Source of the DNA: Halobacteriales archaeon QS_4_69_225
GTDB lineage: Archaea; Halobacteriota; Halobacteria; Halobacteriales; Haloarculaceae
Length of the DNA: 64,000 nucleotides
NCBI GenBank assembly: GCA_003020965.1
Contig: PXRL01000023.1
Location: forward strand, 37,926 to 101,925
Direction of reading: 5' to 3'
The position numbers and the translations under genes are program-made. The stretch's first letter is position 1, and every line of letters starts with the position of its first letter. Positions 39,273 through 50,838 of this stretch are shown here, piece after piece. The notes below the pieces were generated by a model, which saw only the letters and a list, made by a program, of their open reading frames with translations, was not told the DNA's origin and made no database searches.

Positions 39273-40643
39273 ATGAGACGACGCTCGCTGAACGCACTCG
39301 TGGCCGCGGTCGCGCTCACGCTTCCGTGGGTCGCCGTCTGGCTTCTCGAGACCGCGCTGCCGGCGCTGTCGGCCGGCTACGAGCCGCCGGCGAGCGTCGC
39401 GGCGATGCCGACGGGCGGGGTCGTGCTACTCAGCGGCGTCGCCGTCCTCGGGGCGTCGTTCCTGCTCGCGTGGGGCGCCGAGACGGCCGAGAAGGACGTC
39501 CCCCGGTCGTTCGCCATCGCGGTGCTGGCGGTGCTGGCCGTCGCCCCGGAGTACGCCGTCGACGCGCTGTACGCCTGGACCGCCGGCAGCCTCGCCGGCA
39601 CCCCCGAGGGCGCCGAGGCCGGCAACCTCGCCGTCGCCAACATGACCGGCGCCAACCGCATCCTCATCGGCATCGGCTGGGCCGGTATCGCGCTGTTCAC
39701 CGTCTACCGGGCGGGCGCCGACGACGACCCGGCGGTCGTCGAGCGACCCGGCTTCCTCGCCGACGCCGTTAGCCTCGACCGGGACATCGGCCTCGAGGTG
39801 GTGTTCCTGCTGGCGGCGACCGCGTGGGCGTTTCTCGTCCCCCTCGGCGGCGGTATCGACGTTCTCGACCTGTTCGTGCTCGTCGGGATCTACGTCGCCT
39901 ACATCCTGGTCGTGTTGCGCGGCGACGTCGACCCCGACTCCCACCACGTCGGCGTCCCCGCCTACCTCCAGACGTTCCCGAAACCCCGGCGGATCGCGAC
40001 CGTCGTCGCCCTCTTCGTCTACTCCGGGCTGTTGATATTCATCGCCGTCGAACCGTTCGCCCACGGCCTCGAGAAGCTCGGTACCGCCGCCGGCGTGCCG
40101 CCGTTTTTCATGATCCAGTGGGTCGCGCCGCTGGCCTCCGAGGCGCCGGAGCTCATCGTCGTTCTCTATCTGGTGAACAAGGCCCGCTCGACGGCGGGGT
40201 TCAACGCGCTCATCTCCTCGAAGCTCAACCAGTGGACGCTGCTCATCGGGACGCTCGTCGTCGTCTACTCGCTGGCGCTCGGGCAGTACGGCGCGCTGCC
40301 GTTCGACCGGAAGCAGTCGGCCGAGATATGGCTGACCGCCGCCCAGTCGCTGTTCGCCATCGCCGTGCTCGTGGACTTCGAGATCTCCGTCCGGGAGGCG
40401 CTCGTCATCCTCCTGCTGTTCTGCTCGCAGGTATTCTTCGAGTTCCTCGTCGTCCAGGACGTCGTCCTGCCGCTGTCCTCGTACGAGCTGCTGCTGTCGT
40501 ACAGCGTCGTCTACGTCGTCCTCGCGGTCGGGTTGTTCGTCGGCCGGCGGCGGGCGCTGCGGGGGCTCCTCGAGGACGCCGCCGGGGTCATCGGCCGCGC
40601 CGCCTTCCCCGAGGAGGAGCCGGCGGCCGGCGCCGACGACTGA
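39273..40643 (+). CDS. Sodium:calcium antiporter family protein
   Basis: LAVAPEYAVD, ANMTGANR, PLASEAPE, LISSKLNQWTLL alpha repeats. Confidence 0.9.
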   Translation: MRRRSLNALVAAVALTLPWVAVWLLETALPALSAGYEPPASVAAMPTGGVVLLSGVAVLGASFLLAWGAETAEKDVPRSFAIAVLAVLAVAPEYAVDALYAWTAGSLAGTPEGAEAGNLAVANMTGANRILIGIGWAGIALFTVYRAGADDDPAVVERPGFLADAVSLDRDIGLEVVFLLAATAWAFLVPLGGGIDVLDLFVLVGIYVAYILVVLRGDVDPDSHHVGVPAYLQTFPKPRRIATVVALFVYSGLLIFIAVEPFAHGLEKLGTAAGVPPFFMIQWVAPLASEAPELIVVLYLVNKARSTAGFNALISSKLNQWTLLIGTLVVVYSLALGQYGALPFDRKQSAEIWLTAAQSLFAIAVLVDFEISVREALVILLLFCSQVFFEFLVVQDVVLPLSSYELLLSYSVVYVVLAVGLFVGRRRALRGLLEDAAGVIGRAAFPEEEPAAGADD

Positions 40644-40680
40644 CCGCCGCGGTTTTGACGCCGCCGGCCCACGATCGAGC

Positions 40681-41076
40681 ATGGACGTCGTAGCCATCGA
40701 TCACGTCAACCTACGCGTTCCGGCGGACGGCGTCGACGAGGCGACGGCGTTCTACGGCGACCGACTCGGGTTCGCCGTCGAAGGGCTGGACCGCTACCGC
40801 GACGGCGAGCAGTCGTTCTTCGACGTCCGGCTGACGCCGGGCGCCGTCGTTCACCTGTGGCCGACCGACGCATTCGAGCCGCCGTCGGGCGACGGGTTCG
40901 ATCACCTCGCACTACGGATCGAGGCCGACCGCGAGGCCGTCGTCGAGCGGCTGTCGGCGGCCGGCGTCGACGTCGAGATGGAGCTGGACGCTCCCCTGGG
41001 TGCGACCGGCCGGGCGCCGGCCGTCTACGTCGAGGACCCGTTCGGCTACCGGCTGGAGCTGAAGACGGCGGCCTGA
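40681..41076 (+). CDS. VOC/glyoxalase family protein
   Basis: IDHVNL, FDHLAL, YVEDPFGYRLEL. Confidence 0.9.
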   Translation: MDVVAIDHVNLRVPADGVDEATAFYGDRLGFAVEGLDRYRDGEQSFFDVRLTPGAVVHLWPTDAFEPPSGDGFDHLALRIEADREAVVERLSAAGVDVEMELDAPLGATGRAPAVYVEDPFGYRLELKTAA

Positions 41077-41237
41077 GTCGCGGCCGTGCGGGCGGTGCGG
41101 GCGGCGCGGGCGACACGAACGATGCGGGCGACCGCCGGCGACTCAGTCGACGGGGCGACCGCCAGCGACTCAGTCGATGGGGCGGCCGCCGGCGATCCTG
41201 CCGACGGGACGAAGTGCCTCGGGCCCGAAGAAGTGGT

Positions 41238-41450
41238 ATGAACGTGCCGTTCTGCGAGACGCCGGGGCAGTCGGCCGCCGTCGGCGTCGCCGCGGGTCTG
41301 CTCGCCGGAGGCGTCGGGGTGGCGTCGGCGCTGGAGCCCGTCGCGGTCGTGGCGCTGGCGGCCGTGCTGGCGCTGGTCGGCGAGACCGCCGGCCACCTGT
41401 CGTGCGGCGACCGGCAGTTCCGGGCGGCGGTCGAACGGGTCCGGCGGTGA
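41238..41450 (+). CDS. Small membrane protein
   Basis: MNVPFCETPGQSAAVGVAAGLLAGG... two TM segments, 70 aa. Confidence 0.55.
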   Translation: MNVPFCETPGQSAAVGVAAGLLAGGVGVASALEPVAVVALAAVLALVGETAGHLSCGDRQFRAAVERVRR

Positions 41451-41521
41451 GGCCGCCGTCCCGGCCGCGCGGATTTCCCCGTGGAAAAAGCATATGTCCC
41501 GGACCCGCGAAGGTGGGTCGT

Positions 41522-41746
41522 ATGAGCGACGCCGATACCGCTCCCGAGGAGCGCGTCAACGAAACGACCAGTTGGCCGGAACTGGCCATCAGTCTCTACG
41601 ACCGGCTGACCGGCCGCGGCGCGGTCATCACCTACGAGTTCGAGGACATGGAGGTGCTGGTGCCGAGCAAGGCCGGCGACGACGCCGACCACGCTCACTG
41701 GGAGGTCGACGGCACCCTCACCATCACGACCGAAGAGCGAGAGTGA
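41522..41746 (+). CDS. Small hypothetical protein
   Basis: TTSWPELAISLYDRLTGRGAVITYEFEDMEV..PS...HAHWEVDGTLTI. Confidence 0.75.
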   Translation: MSDADTAPEERVNETTSWPELAISLYDRLTGRGAVITYEFEDMEVLVPSKAGDDADHAHWEVDGTLTITTEERE

Positions 41747-42129
41747 GCGCGTCGACCGGGACGCCGGCCGACCTGGCCGCCGTCGTCGAACGCGTCCGCG
41801 AGCGGCCGGGACTGGACCTGGAAGCGAACCTCTCGGTGACGGTCGACGGGGTCGACATCGCGGTGACGACCGACGACGACCGCCTCCGCGTGCAGGTGCC
41901 GTCGGTGCTGGCCTGCGTCTCGGTGCTGTCGGCGACGCCCGAGGAGGGACTGGCGCTGCCGTCGGCACTCGCCGCCGCCGGGCTGACCACCGAAGTCCGG
42001 GTCGGCAGCGCCGTCGTCGCCGTCGCCGGCGCCGACGCCGCTCCGGGCCGGCTCACGCGGCTGCTGTCGGTCGGCCCCGTCGAGGTCCGGGCGCTGGCGC
42101 TCGCCGCCGCCGCCGTCAGGCTCCGGTAG
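41743..42129 (+). CDS. Hypothetical protein, translationally coupled to the upstream gene
   Basis: GTG overlaps the upstream TGA; acidic, typical codon usage. Confidence 0.65.
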   Translation: MSASTGTPADLAAVVERVRERPGLDLEANLSVTVDGVDIAVTTDDDRLRVQVPSVLACVSVLSATPEEGLALPSALAAAGLTTEVRVGSAVVAVAGADAAPGRLTRLLSVGPVEVRALALAAAAVRLR

Positions 42130-42289
42130 CCCGGCGTCGTCCGAATGGGCGACGGTGTCCCGCACGAACGCTCTGCAGGTGGAACCGGAGGGGCTTCCGT
42201 GTCGGTCGCGATCGACGACGGCAGCTGAGATTCCTCTCCGAACCGTACCGGTAGCGTCGGAGAAAATCTCGTAGAGAGTTAGACATAGA

Positions 42290-42970
42290 AAGCCAGCACT
42301 CTCGACTGTTGCTCGCGGACCGCAGGACGATTCCGCCGTTCCGTTCGAGGCGGGTTCACCGCCTCGCCGCTCACTCGCACGGCTCGAGGCGACGCCGTCG
42401 TCTCGCTACCTGGGGCTCGTTGTCGCTCGAGAGAACGCCGCTTTCTCGTGATGTCGCCGGAATCCCGCGGATTCTGGCCGCTTGCCGGACGTCGTCCGGT
42501 ACTGTCGGCGGAACGCGGTGCGTTCTGACTGCACGCGGAACATCCTCGATCTCCCGCACCGACGAACGACGCATCGCTCGAACCACGCTTCTCGGTCGCG
42601 GTGCGGCCTGTAATGTCCTCGCGCGACGGTGCCGCGCGGGGTGCCGGCAGCGCCGGCATCCGGTTCCGTGGTCGTTCGAAAGGCGCTTCGCGCCGTTCGT
42701 GAGTGAGCGGGACCTCCGGTCCCGCGGACCGTGCGAACGGGCGGCGCCGCCGCCCGCGAGCAGATAATGAAAGGGCGTCGCTCTCTCGGACCACGGCGAC
42801 GCCGCCACGCCGGCGGCTCGAGGAACCGCCGGCCCCTCGCTGTCGTCGGCGCACAGCGCCGACTGCCCGAGGGTGCCGACGGCTCCCTCGTTGCCTGCGT
42901 CGCCTACACCGGCGAGCTGTCGGGCCCCTTCGGAGTTCCCGCCCGAGGTTAGTTGTGCCAGCCATCTTCG
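42290..42970. repeat. Long mosaic multi-hairpin intergenic repeat
   Basis: Contains reverse complements of about 7316-7502 and about 46745-46855. Confidence 0.75.
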
Positions 42971-43052
42971 CCTGTCCGAACGGTGCTGGCACACGTAACA
43001 CAACTAATAAGTTGTACAAAATCATCATCCATGCATCGAAGTTGAGCAACGA

Positions 43053-43493
43053 ATGGATCGAACGAAAACACACGTCGCCGTTTCTGCCGTCGTCGGGGCC
43101 GGCTATCTCGTCGTGGCACTCAACGCCCCGAATTGGATTCACGGTCTCGTAACGGTCGAGATCGTCCCGTACACCCTGTTTTCTGCACCACCGGATACAC
43201 AGCTGTTGTTCGGGGCGATGTACCCAGGCGTCTTCCTGCTCGGAGCGGTTGCGACCTATGCATACCTCGAAAGGGGGTTCGTGTTGCCGGGGGTCGTGGT
43301 GATCGTTCCGTACCTCGCCGCCCTGTGGTTCGACGCTCGACGTGACCCGGATCGAGCAGATCTGATGTCGATTGTGGACATCTACCTGATCGGATGGTTC
43401 GTCGTCCTCGGTGCCGCCCTCCTCGCTCTCGGCCTCGAATGGGGCCTACGCCGGCTCCGAACAGCCTGGACCGCTACCCCTGAGAGCGGATAG
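43053..43493 (+). CDS. Hypothetical membrane protein in a lower-GC patch
   Basis: About 4 hydrophobic segments; AT-rich upstream region. Confidence 0.6.
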   Translation: MDRTKTHVAVSAVVGAGYLVVALNAPNWIHGLVTVEIVPYTLFSAPPDTQLLFGAMYPGVFLLGAVATYAYLERGFVLPGVVVIVPYLAALWFDARRDPDRADLMSIVDIYLIGWFVVLGAALLALGLEWGLRRLRTAWTATPESG

Positions 43494-43598
43494 GAGAAAT
43501 TTTGAATATCCTCGAGGGATTTGCCGGCGAGGGAACTACTGCGTCCATGTGCAGACCGGGTCCGTCCGTCGGGGATCGACCGGGAGGATGGTCCATCA

Positions 43599-45296
43599 CT
43601 AAAAGAACACGGTGCCGTGGTGGCGGGGCCGGTCGTCCCGCTGCTTCGTCCGGTAGGTGTCGAGCCGGACCTCCAGCTGCTCGCGGAGGTCGCCGGCGGG
43701 GATGAGCTCGTCGACCTGCATCTCGCTGGCCTGCTTTCTGATGTCGATGTACTTGTCGAACTCCCCCTTGGCGGACTCGACGAAGGCGTCCTTCGCGTCG
43801 CCGTCCATGTCCTCGAGTTGACCGCCGAACAGCGCGTGGACGGCGGCGTCCGGACCCATCACGGAGATCTCGGCGGACGGCAGCGCCAGCGTCGCGTCGG
43901 GGCCGAAGGAGGGGCCGGCCATCGCGTAGATACCGGCGCCGTAGGCCTTCCGCGTGATGACGCAGAACTTCGGCACCTGGGCGTTGGAGGTGGCGTAGAT
44001 GAACTTCCGGCCCTTCCGGAGGACGCCTTCCTTCTCGACCTGCGAGCCGATCATGTAGCCCGGCGTGTCACAGAGGTACACGAGCGGGATGTTGTAGGCG
44101 TCGCAGGTCCAGACGAAGCCGGCGCCCTTGTCGGCCGAGTCGGGGAAGATGGCGCCGGAGACGTGCTCGGGGTTGTTGGCGACGACGCCGACCACCCGGC
44201 CGTCGATACGACCGAGGCCGGTGACGAGTTCGGGCGCGAAGTCGGGCTTCAGCTCGACGAACGAGTCGCGGTCGACGACCCGGTCGATGACCTCGCCGAC
44301 GTCGTAGGCCTCGTTCGGCTCGTCGGGGATGACGGCGTCGAGGCTGTAGGGATTTTTCCTCGGCGGCTTCGGCGCCTCCTCGGGGGGGTCCTCGGCGTAG
44401 TTCTGCGGTAGCAGCCGGAGTATCTCCCGGGCCCGCTCGGCGGCGGTCTCCTCGTCGGGGACGACCAGGTCGGCGCTGCCGGAGTGTCTGGCGTGGACCT
44501 GTGGGCCGCCGAGCTGCTGCATGTCGGTGGACTCGCCGGTCATCGCCTCGACGATGCGCGGCGAGGCGATGGCCATGCCCGCGATGTCCTCGACCATGAT
44601 GAGGTAATCACAGAAGACGGGTGTGTAGGCCGACCCGGCGACGTCGGGGCCGTACAGCACGCCGATCTGCGGGATCTCGCCGGACATCCGGCACTGGTTG
44701 TAGAACATCTTCCCGCCGCGGTAGCGGTCCATGTGCGTGTCGCCCGGTTCCCGCTCCTCGGCGTTGAGTCGGGCACCCGTCGAGTCCACCAGCCGGAGCA
44801 TCGGCACGCCCAGATCGAGGGCGCGCTCCTGGATGCGGATGACCTTCTCGACGCCCATCTGGCCGAGCGATCCAGCCTTGACGGTGTAGTCGTTGGCGGT
44901 GAAGGCGACCTTGCGGCCGTCGATGGAACCGATACCTGTGACGAGACCGTCGGCCGGCAGGTCGTCGTCGCTGCTGTGGCTGGCGAAGCTGCCGTCCTCG
45001 TACTCGATGCGGTCGAAGATCATGTCGAGGCGGTCCCGGACGAACAGCTTCCCGAGGTCCTCGATCTTGTCGAAGCCGCGCTCGGGGCCGCCGGAGAGGA
45101 CGTCTTCCAGCTCCTCGCGGACGGTCTCCTCCCGCTCGGTGACGACGGCGCCCTCCTCGCTCCAGTTCTCGCCGGCCTCCGCCAGCGTGCCGCCCTCGCC
45201 GACCAGCTCCACCCCCCGGCCGAGGTGCTCCGAAACCGCCGTCGCGATGGCCTGTGCGATCTCCTCGTCGGTGTCGTCGTCGATGTGTATCTCCAT
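43599..45296 (-). CDS. Acyl-CoA carboxylase carboxyltransferase (beta) subunit
   Basis: ANDYTVKAGS, VDSTGARL, LGGPQVH, DTPGYMIG, RKAYGAG, ISVMGP. Confidence 0.93.
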   Translation of the reverse strand: MEIHIDDDTDEEIAQAIATAVSEHLGRGVELVGEGGTLAEAGENWSEEGAVVTEREETVREELEDVLSGGPERGFDKIEDLGKLFVRDRLDMIFDRIEYEDGSFASHSSDDDLPADGLVTGIGSIDGRKVAFTANDYTVKAGSLGQMGVEKVIRIQERALDLGVPMLRLVDSTGARLNAEEREPGDTHMDRYRGGKMFYNQCRMSGEIPQIGVLYGPDVAGSAYTPVFCDYLIMVEDIAGMAIASPRIVEAMTGESTDMQQLGGPQVHARHSGSADLVVPDEETAAERAREILRLLPQNYAEDPPEEAPKPPRKNPYSLDAVIPDEPNEAYDVGEVIDRVVDRDSFVELKPDFAPELVTGLGRIDGRVVGVVANNPEHVSGAIFPDSADKGAGFVWTCDAYNIPLVYLCDTPGYMIGSQVEKEGVLRKGRKFIYATSNAQVPKFCVITRKAYGAGIYAMAGPSFGPDATLALPSAEISVMGPDAAVHALFGGQLEDMDGDAKDAFVESAKGEFDKYIDIRKQASEMQVDELIPAGDLREQLEVRLDTYRTKQRDDRPRHHGTVFF

Positions 45297-45395
45297 GGTG
45301 AGGTGGAAACTTGCCGTGGGTTTAGAGTTTCCGACGGTCGCGTGTGCCGTGATATACCAACGCAGCGCATAAGAGTTGTGGGTGGGCGGCTGATA

Positions 45396-45550
45396 CTGTT
45401 CAGTGAAGAAGGGGTAGCGTCTTTCGACGGTAATGGGGGGTGTTTCCGGACACTCCCCCTCGCTCGCTCGGCCTCGCCCCGCGAGCGGTCGGCCCCGTTC
45501 GAGGTCCCCCCGACGCCGACTGACCGGCCGGCTCTCGCTTAGCTAAATAC
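45396..45550. repeat. MITE-like repeat family X, copy 3 (minimal)
   Basis: Same core and ends as 5642-5825 and 15609-15878. Confidence 0.75.
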
Positions 45551-45647
45551 TACCACCACGACGGCAGTCGCCGGTATAACTCCCGGGTCGGCGGCAGCGA
45601 CTGCCGCCCACCGGCCGGTTTTAGCCGACCGCGGTCGTAGGGGAGGT

Positions 45648-46328
45648 ATGGCGACCGCGCTGTTCGTCGTGAGCGAGCACGGCTACTGGGGCGAGGAGTG
45701 TATCGAGCCGCTGACGACGCTGGAGTCGGCCGACGTCGACGTGACGGTCGCGACCCCGACGGGGTCGCCGCCGGTCGTCGACGAGCGGTCGGTCGACCCC
45801 GAGGAGGTCGGCGAGGAGCTGGCCGCCGAGGTCCGGGAGGTCGACGACACGCACCCGGAGCTGAACGACCCGGTACCCGTCGCCGAGGTTACGCCCGGCG
45901 AGCACGACGCCGTCGTCCTGCCCGGCGGCCACGGCACGGAGTGGGACGTCAACCAGGATCGCCACGTCCGGCAGCTACTTCTCGACGCCGTCGCCGGCGA
46001 CGACGGCGTCGCGCTCGTCGTCTGTCACGCCGTCGGAATTTTGGGGTTCACCCGCGAGGCCGACGGCTCGTTCCTCGTCGACGGCCGGTCAGTGACGGGC
46101 TTTCCCAACGACTGGGAGGAGGGTATCGTCGACGCCGACGACCGGATGCCGGACGGCCGGAAGCTCCCCTACTGGGTCGAAGACGAGGTGACGGCCGCCG
46201 GCGCCGACTGGGACGCGGAACTGGACGCCGACGAGAGTGTCACCGTCGACGGCGACCTCGTCACGGCCCGCGGGCCGGGGTCGTCGGCGGCGGCCGCGGA
46301 GACGCTGCTGGAAGAGCTGTCGGCGTGA
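45648..46328 (+). CDS. DJ-1/PfpI (type 1 glutamine amidotransferase-like) protein
   Basis: GYWGEE, PGGHG, VCHA, VTGF, LVTARGP. Confidence 0.92.
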   Translation: MATALFVVSEHGYWGEECIEPLTTLESADVDVTVATPTGSPPVVDERSVDPEEVGEELAAEVREVDDTHPELNDPVPVAEVTPGEHDAVVLPGGHGTEWDVNQDRHVRQLLLDAVAGDDGVALVVCHAVGILGFTREADGSFLVDGRSVTGFPNDWEEGIVDADDRMPDGRKLPYWVEDEVTAAGADWDAELDADESVTVDGDLVTARGPGSSAAAAETLLEELSA

Positions 46329-46340
46329 CCGCCGCGCGGG

Positions 46341-46664
46341 TCACCGGAAGTCGAAGCTGACGTCCTCGGCGGGGACCGCCGGCTGGATTTCGTTGCCCTT
46401 CTCGAACCGGACGAAGCTGAGGTAGTACGGCTCGCCGCAGCCGTCGCCGTCGGTCTCGGCGGCGCCGCAGACGATGACGACGCCGTCGGCGTCGGCATAC
46501 GGGTCGCCGTCGTCGTCGCCGGCCTCGCCGGCCGCCTCGTGGGCGTTGGCGTACTCCCAGCCGTCCAGCGGGTCCGGCGTGACGCACTTGTCCTCGAGGT
46601 ACGCCCCCCGCCGGAGTTCGGCGACGGCGCCACAGCGCGGGCAGTGATAGGAGACGGTGACCAT
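46341..46664 (-). CDS. CPxCG zinc-finger protein
   Basis: YHCPRCG...IVCG...GCGEPYYL. Confidence 0.8.
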   Translation of the reverse strand: MVTVSYHCPRCGAVAELRRGAYLEDKCVTPDPLDGWEYANAHEAAGEAGDDDGDPYADADGVVIVCGAAETDGDGCGEPYYLSFVRFEKGNEIQPAVPAEDVSFDFR

Positions 46665-46708
46665 ACCGGCGGTAGGGTCCGGACCGCAATAGGGGCGTCG
46701 AATCGGCA

Positions 46709-47047
46709 GTGTTTCATCACGCGAGAGCCGGCCGGTCAACCGATATCGGGCGGGACCTCGAACGGGGCCGACCGCTCGCCGGGGTAGGCGACGCAAGCAG
46801 AGAGGGACCGGAGGTCCCTCTTGAAGCCGGCGCTGTGCGCCGACGACCGCGAGGGAGCCGACGGCTCCCTCGGCCCGCTCGCGCGGCGGTGCCGCGCGAG
46901 GACACCGCAGCGAAGCGAGGAGCGTCGTTCGGAAGACCTCCGGTCTTCCGTGATCACGAAAATCTTCGATTTTCGGACGACAGCGAGCAGTAGCGAGGCG
47001 CGACCGCAGGGAGCGCCTCGAGACGCTATTTCCTCCTCACTGAATAC
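46709..47047. repeat. MITE-like repeat family X, copy 4 (reverse, expanded with modules)
   Basis: Reverse complement of the family-X core; about 46922-47020 is identical to about 54591-54689. Confidence 0.8.
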
Positions 47048-47100
47048 TACTGTCGGAGCCGCCCGAAGGGGTTATGCCGCCGCCGGCCGACGGTGCGGGC

Positions 47101-47955
47101 ATGATAGACGAGGCGGTCGCGGAGATCGAGGCGATGCAGACGCACTCGTCGTCGGCGGTCGCGGTGATGGCCGCCGAGGCCCTCCGGGAACTGCTGGGCC
47201 GGGAGTACGCCACCGTCGAGGAGTACCGCCGGGCGCTGGAACGGAACAGCGACGCGCTCCGGCGGGCGAACACCTCCCACGCCTCGCTGTTCACCACCCA
47301 GCGGGAGATCGTCGATCGGGTGACGACCGACGATCACGACTCCGTGGCGGCGGCGAAGGCGGCGACGGCCGACGCCGTCGACGCCGTCGTCGAGAAGGTC
47401 GAGCGGGCCAAACACGAGGCCGCACGGGAGGCCGTCGATCTGCTGGAGGACGGCGCGACGGTGCTGACCCACGACTTCTCGACGACGGTGATGGAGGCCG
47501 TCGAGCTGGCCGGCCGGGCCGGCCACCACCTGGAGGTGTACGTCACCGAGGCCCGGCCGCGGCACATCGGCCGGAAGGCCGCCCGGACGCTCTCGGCGAT
47601 CGACCGCGTCGAGCCGACGCTGATCACCGACGGCGCCGCCGGCCACTACCTCGACGACTGTGACCGGGTCGTCGTCGGGATGGACTGCATCGTCGACGAC
47701 GTCCTCTACAACCGCGTGGGCACATTCCCCATCGCCGCCACGGCCGCCGAACTCGCGGTGCCGGTGTCGGTGCTGGGCTCCAGTGCGAAGCTCATCGGCG
47801 ACGGCTTCGCCTTCGAAAACGAGTTCCGGCCGGCCAGCGAGGTGATGCTGGAGCCGGCCGAAGGGTTCGACGTCGGCAACCCCGCCTACGACGCGACGCC
47901 GACGCACCTCGTCGAGAGCGTCGTCACCGACGACGGCGTCCACCGGCCGACGTGA
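47101..47955 (+). CDS. eIF-2B alpha/beta/delta family protein
   Basis: VLTHDFSTTV, VTEARP, VVVGMD, NRVGT, NPAYDATP, VVTDDG. Confidence 0.88.
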   Translation: MIDEAVAEIEAMQTHSSSAVAVMAAEALRELLGREYATVEEYRRALERNSDALRRANTSHASLFTTQREIVDRVTTDDHDSVAAAKAATADAVDAVVEKVERAKHEAAREAVDLLEDGATVLTHDFSTTVMEAVELAGRAGHHLEVYVTEARPRHIGRKAARTLSAIDRVEPTLITDGAAGHYLDDCDRVVVGMDCIVDDVLYNRVGTFPIAATAAELAVPVSVLGSSAKLIGDGFAFENEFRPASEVMLEPAEGFDVGNPAYDATPTHLVESVVTDDGVHRPT

Positions 47956-48002
47956 CGGGCCCGACGTGACGCCGGGCGTCGGTGTCAGCAGCGACGGCCG
48001 GC

Positions 48003-50276
48003 CTACTGGAAGGTCCGGCCGACCTGCCGGTCGTCCGGCTCGGTGCCGGGGGTGAACTCCTCTTCGATCTCCTCGTAGCGCTCGCGGGTGTCGTCGTCGA
48101 CGCTGGCGCCGACCTCCTCGAGGGCCGTCTCGAAGTGGTCGGCGGTCACGCGGACGTTGTCGACGCTCTGGACGGCCTCCTCGGGGTCGACGCTGTCGAT
48201 GAACTCCCGGGTGGCGGCCATCGAGGCCTCCCGGCAGAGCGCCTCCAGGTCGGCGCCGACGTAGCCGTCCGTCCGGGCGGCGACGTCGTCGAGGGCGACG
48301 TCGTCGGCCAGCGGCTTGTCGCGGGTGTGGACCTCGAGGATGCGCCGGCGGGCGTCCTCGTCGGGGACGGGGACGTGGACGTGGCGGTCGAGCCGCCCCG
48401 GCCGCAGCAGCGCCGAGTCGATGAGGTCCGGCCGGTTGGTCGTCGCGATGACGACGACGTCCTCCAGGTCCTCGAGGCCGTCGAGTTCGGTCAGCAGCTG
48501 GGAGACGACCCGCTCGCCGACGCCGCTGTCGCCGGCCCGTTGGCCCCGCTCGCCGGCGATGGCGTCGATCTCGTCGAAGAAGACGACCGTCGGGGCGTTC
48601 GACCGAGCCTTCTCGAATACCTCGCGGACGCCCTTTTCGGACTCGCCGACGTACTTGTTCAGCAGCTCGGGGCCTTTGATCGAGATGAAGTTCGACTGCG
48701 CCTCGTTGGCGACGGCCTTCGCCAGCAGCGTCTTGCCGGTGCCGGGCGGGCCGTACAGCAACACGCCCTTCGCGGCGTCGACGTCCATCGTCTCGAAGAC
48801 GTCGGGGTACTCCAGCGGCCACTGGATGGTCTCGCGGAGCCGCTTTTGAGTGTCGTCGAGGCCGCCGACGTCGTTCCAGGTGGTGTCGGGTACCTCGACG
48901 AAGACCTCCCGGAGCGCCGACGGCTCGATGTCCCGCAGGGCGCTTTTGAAGTCGGCCTCGGTGACCCGCATCGATTCCAGCATCTCGGCGTCGATCTCCT
49001 CGGCCTCGAGTTCGAGGTCCGGTCGGATGCGCCGCAGGGCGTTCATCGCAGCCTCCTTGGCGAGGCTCGCGAGGTCGGCGCCGACGAAGCCATGGGTGTT
49101 CTCGGCGTACTGCTCGAGGTCGATACCGTCGACCAGCGGCATCCCGCGGGTGTGGACCTGCAGGATCTCCTTGCGGCCGCTCTGGTCCGGGACGCCGATC
49201 TCGATCTCGCGGTCGAAGCGGCCGCCGCGCCGCAGCGCCGGGTCGATGGCGTCGACGCGGTTGGTCGCGCCGATGACGATGACGTCGCCGCGCTCGTCGA
49301 GGCCGTCCATCAGGCTGAGCAGTTGGGCGACGACCCGGCGCTCGACGTCGCCGCTGGTCTCGCCGCGCTCCGGGGCGATGGAGTCGATCTCGTCGATGAA
49401 GACGATCGCGGGGGCGTTCTCCTCGGCCTCCTCGAACACCTCCCGGAGCTGCTCTTCGCTCTCGCCGTAGTACTTCGACATGATCTCCGGGCCGGAGATG
49501 GTGGTGAAGTAGGCGTCGATCTCGCTGGCGACGGCCTTCGCCATCAGCGTCTTGCCGGTGCCCGGCGGGCCGTACAGCAGCACGCCCTTCGGCGGTTCGA
49601 TGCCGAGCTGCTGGAACAGCTCGGGGTGCCGCATCGGCAGTTCGATCATCTCCCGGACCTGCTCGAGTTCCTCCTCCAGCCCGCCGATGTCCTCGTAGGT
49701 GACCGACGGCGTCCCGCCGTCGACGCCGGCGGTCGAGCCGCCACCCCGGCCGGCGATCTGCTCGGCGGGCCGCTCGCTGATCTCGACCTCCGTGGAGTCG
49801 GTGACGACGACCGTCCCGCCCGGCTCGGTGTCGGCGATCCTCAGCGGGATGCGCTGGCCGCTGCGGGACGACAGCGGCCCCAGTCCGAGCGAGAAGGGGA
49901 CGTTCTGACCCGTCGTGACCGCCTGGCCGCTGAGTTTGTCCCGGATGTGCGGCCCGATGTTGCCCCGGATGCGGAGGTTCTGCGGCAGCGCGACGGTCAC
50001 CTGCTTGGCCGGGTTGACGTCGGCGGCCTCGACCTCGACGCCGTCGTCGATGCCGACGTCGGCCTCCTGGCGGAGCCGGCCGTCGATGCGGATGACCCCC
50101 TTGCCCTCGTCTTCGGGGTAGCCGGGCCACACGCGGGCGACCGCCCGGGAGTCGCCGCTGTCCATGACGATGTAGTCGCCGTTCTCGAGGTCGAGGTCGG
50201 CCATCGCCGCGCGGTCGATGGCGGCGAGTCCCCGACCCGCGTCCTTCTGCTTGAGGGGCTTGACCGTGAGCTTCAT
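48003..50276 (-). CDS. cdc48: CDC48/VCP AAA+ ATPase
   Basis: Two [11 protein letters not shown] modules plus the N-domain. Confidence 0.96.
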   Translation of the reverse strand: MKLTVKPLKQKDAGRGLAAIDRAAMADLDLENGDYIVMDSGDSRAVARVWPGYPEDEGKGVIRIDGRLRQEADVGIDDGVEVEAADVNPAKQVTVALPQNLRIRGNIGPHIRDKLSGQAVTTGQNVPFSLGLGPLSSRSGQRIPLRIADTEPGGTVVVTDSTEVEISERPAEQIAGRGGGSTAGVDGGTPSVTYEDIGGLEEELEQVREMIELPMRHPELFQQLGIEPPKGVLLYGPPGTGKTLMAKAVASEIDAYFTTISGPEIMSKYYGESEEQLREVFEEAEENAPAIVFIDEIDSIAPERGETSGDVERRVVAQLLSLMDGLDERGDVIVIGATNRVDAIDPALRRGGRFDREIEIGVPDQSGRKEILQVHTRGMPLVDGIDLEQYAENTHGFVGADLASLAKEAAMNALRRIRPDLELEAEEIDAEMLESMRVTEADFKSALRDIEPSALREVFVEVPDTTWNDVGGLDDTQKRLRETIQWPLEYPDVFETMDVDAAKGVLLYGPPGTGKTLLAKAVANEAQSNFISIKGPELLNKYVGESEKGVREVFEKARSNAPTVVFFDEIDAIAGERGQRAGDSGVGERVVSQLLTELDGLEDLEDVVVIATTNRPDLIDSALLRPGRLDRHVHVPVPDEDARRRILEVHTRDKPLADDVALDDVAARTDGYVGADLEALCREASMAATREFIDSVDPEEAVQSVDNVRVTADHFETALEEVGASVDDDTRERYEEIEEEFTPGTEPDDRQVGRTFQ

Positions 50277-50515
50277 GCTGGGTCCTCCGTCTCGATGGTG
50301 ACGACTCCGTTGTTCATAACTGCACGGGCCGCGCCGGCCGGCGCCTCGAACTCCCGGTGGCCGCCGTCGGTGACCACGACGACCGTTCCGTCGACGACCT
50401 CGGCGTGGCCGTCGGCGGGCCCGACATCCGCGACGATGACCGACCCGTCGTCGTAGTCGTACCGGCGGACGGGACCGTCCGTCTCTTCCCGTGCTGACCG
50501 TAGATTGTGTTCCAT
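50273..50515 (-). CDS. Small Hsp20-like protein coupled to cdc48
   Basis: [16 protein letters not shown]...NNGVVTIE; stop overlaps the cdc48 start. Confidence 0.75.
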   Translation of the reverse strand: MEHNLRSAREETDGPVRRYDYDDGSVIVADVGPADGHAEVVDGTVVVVTDGGHREFEAPAGAARAVMNNGVVTIETEDPA

Positions 50516-50838
50516 ACTAACTCCAAGTTAGTGGTTGTAGTATATAAAACTTTGCTTGCAAAATCCACATACGCGGTCGCTCGACCGAACATCAGTAGAA
50601 TTGCGGTTCGGGTTTCTCGGCCGCGTCCGGAGGAGCCAACAGCGCCCCCCAAGCAATCATCCGCATCAGTCAATCGATGCGCTTCTCGGTCGGCGGGTGC
50701 GTCGAGAACACCGACGCCGGCAGCCCCCGCTCGCCCCCGAAGATGCACGTCGGGGCCGTCGCGCCGTCGACGTCGGTCGCCGGAACGCCGACCGGCGGCG
50801 GTCGTGGCGTTTATCGCCCGACCGCGCCAGTAGCCGCC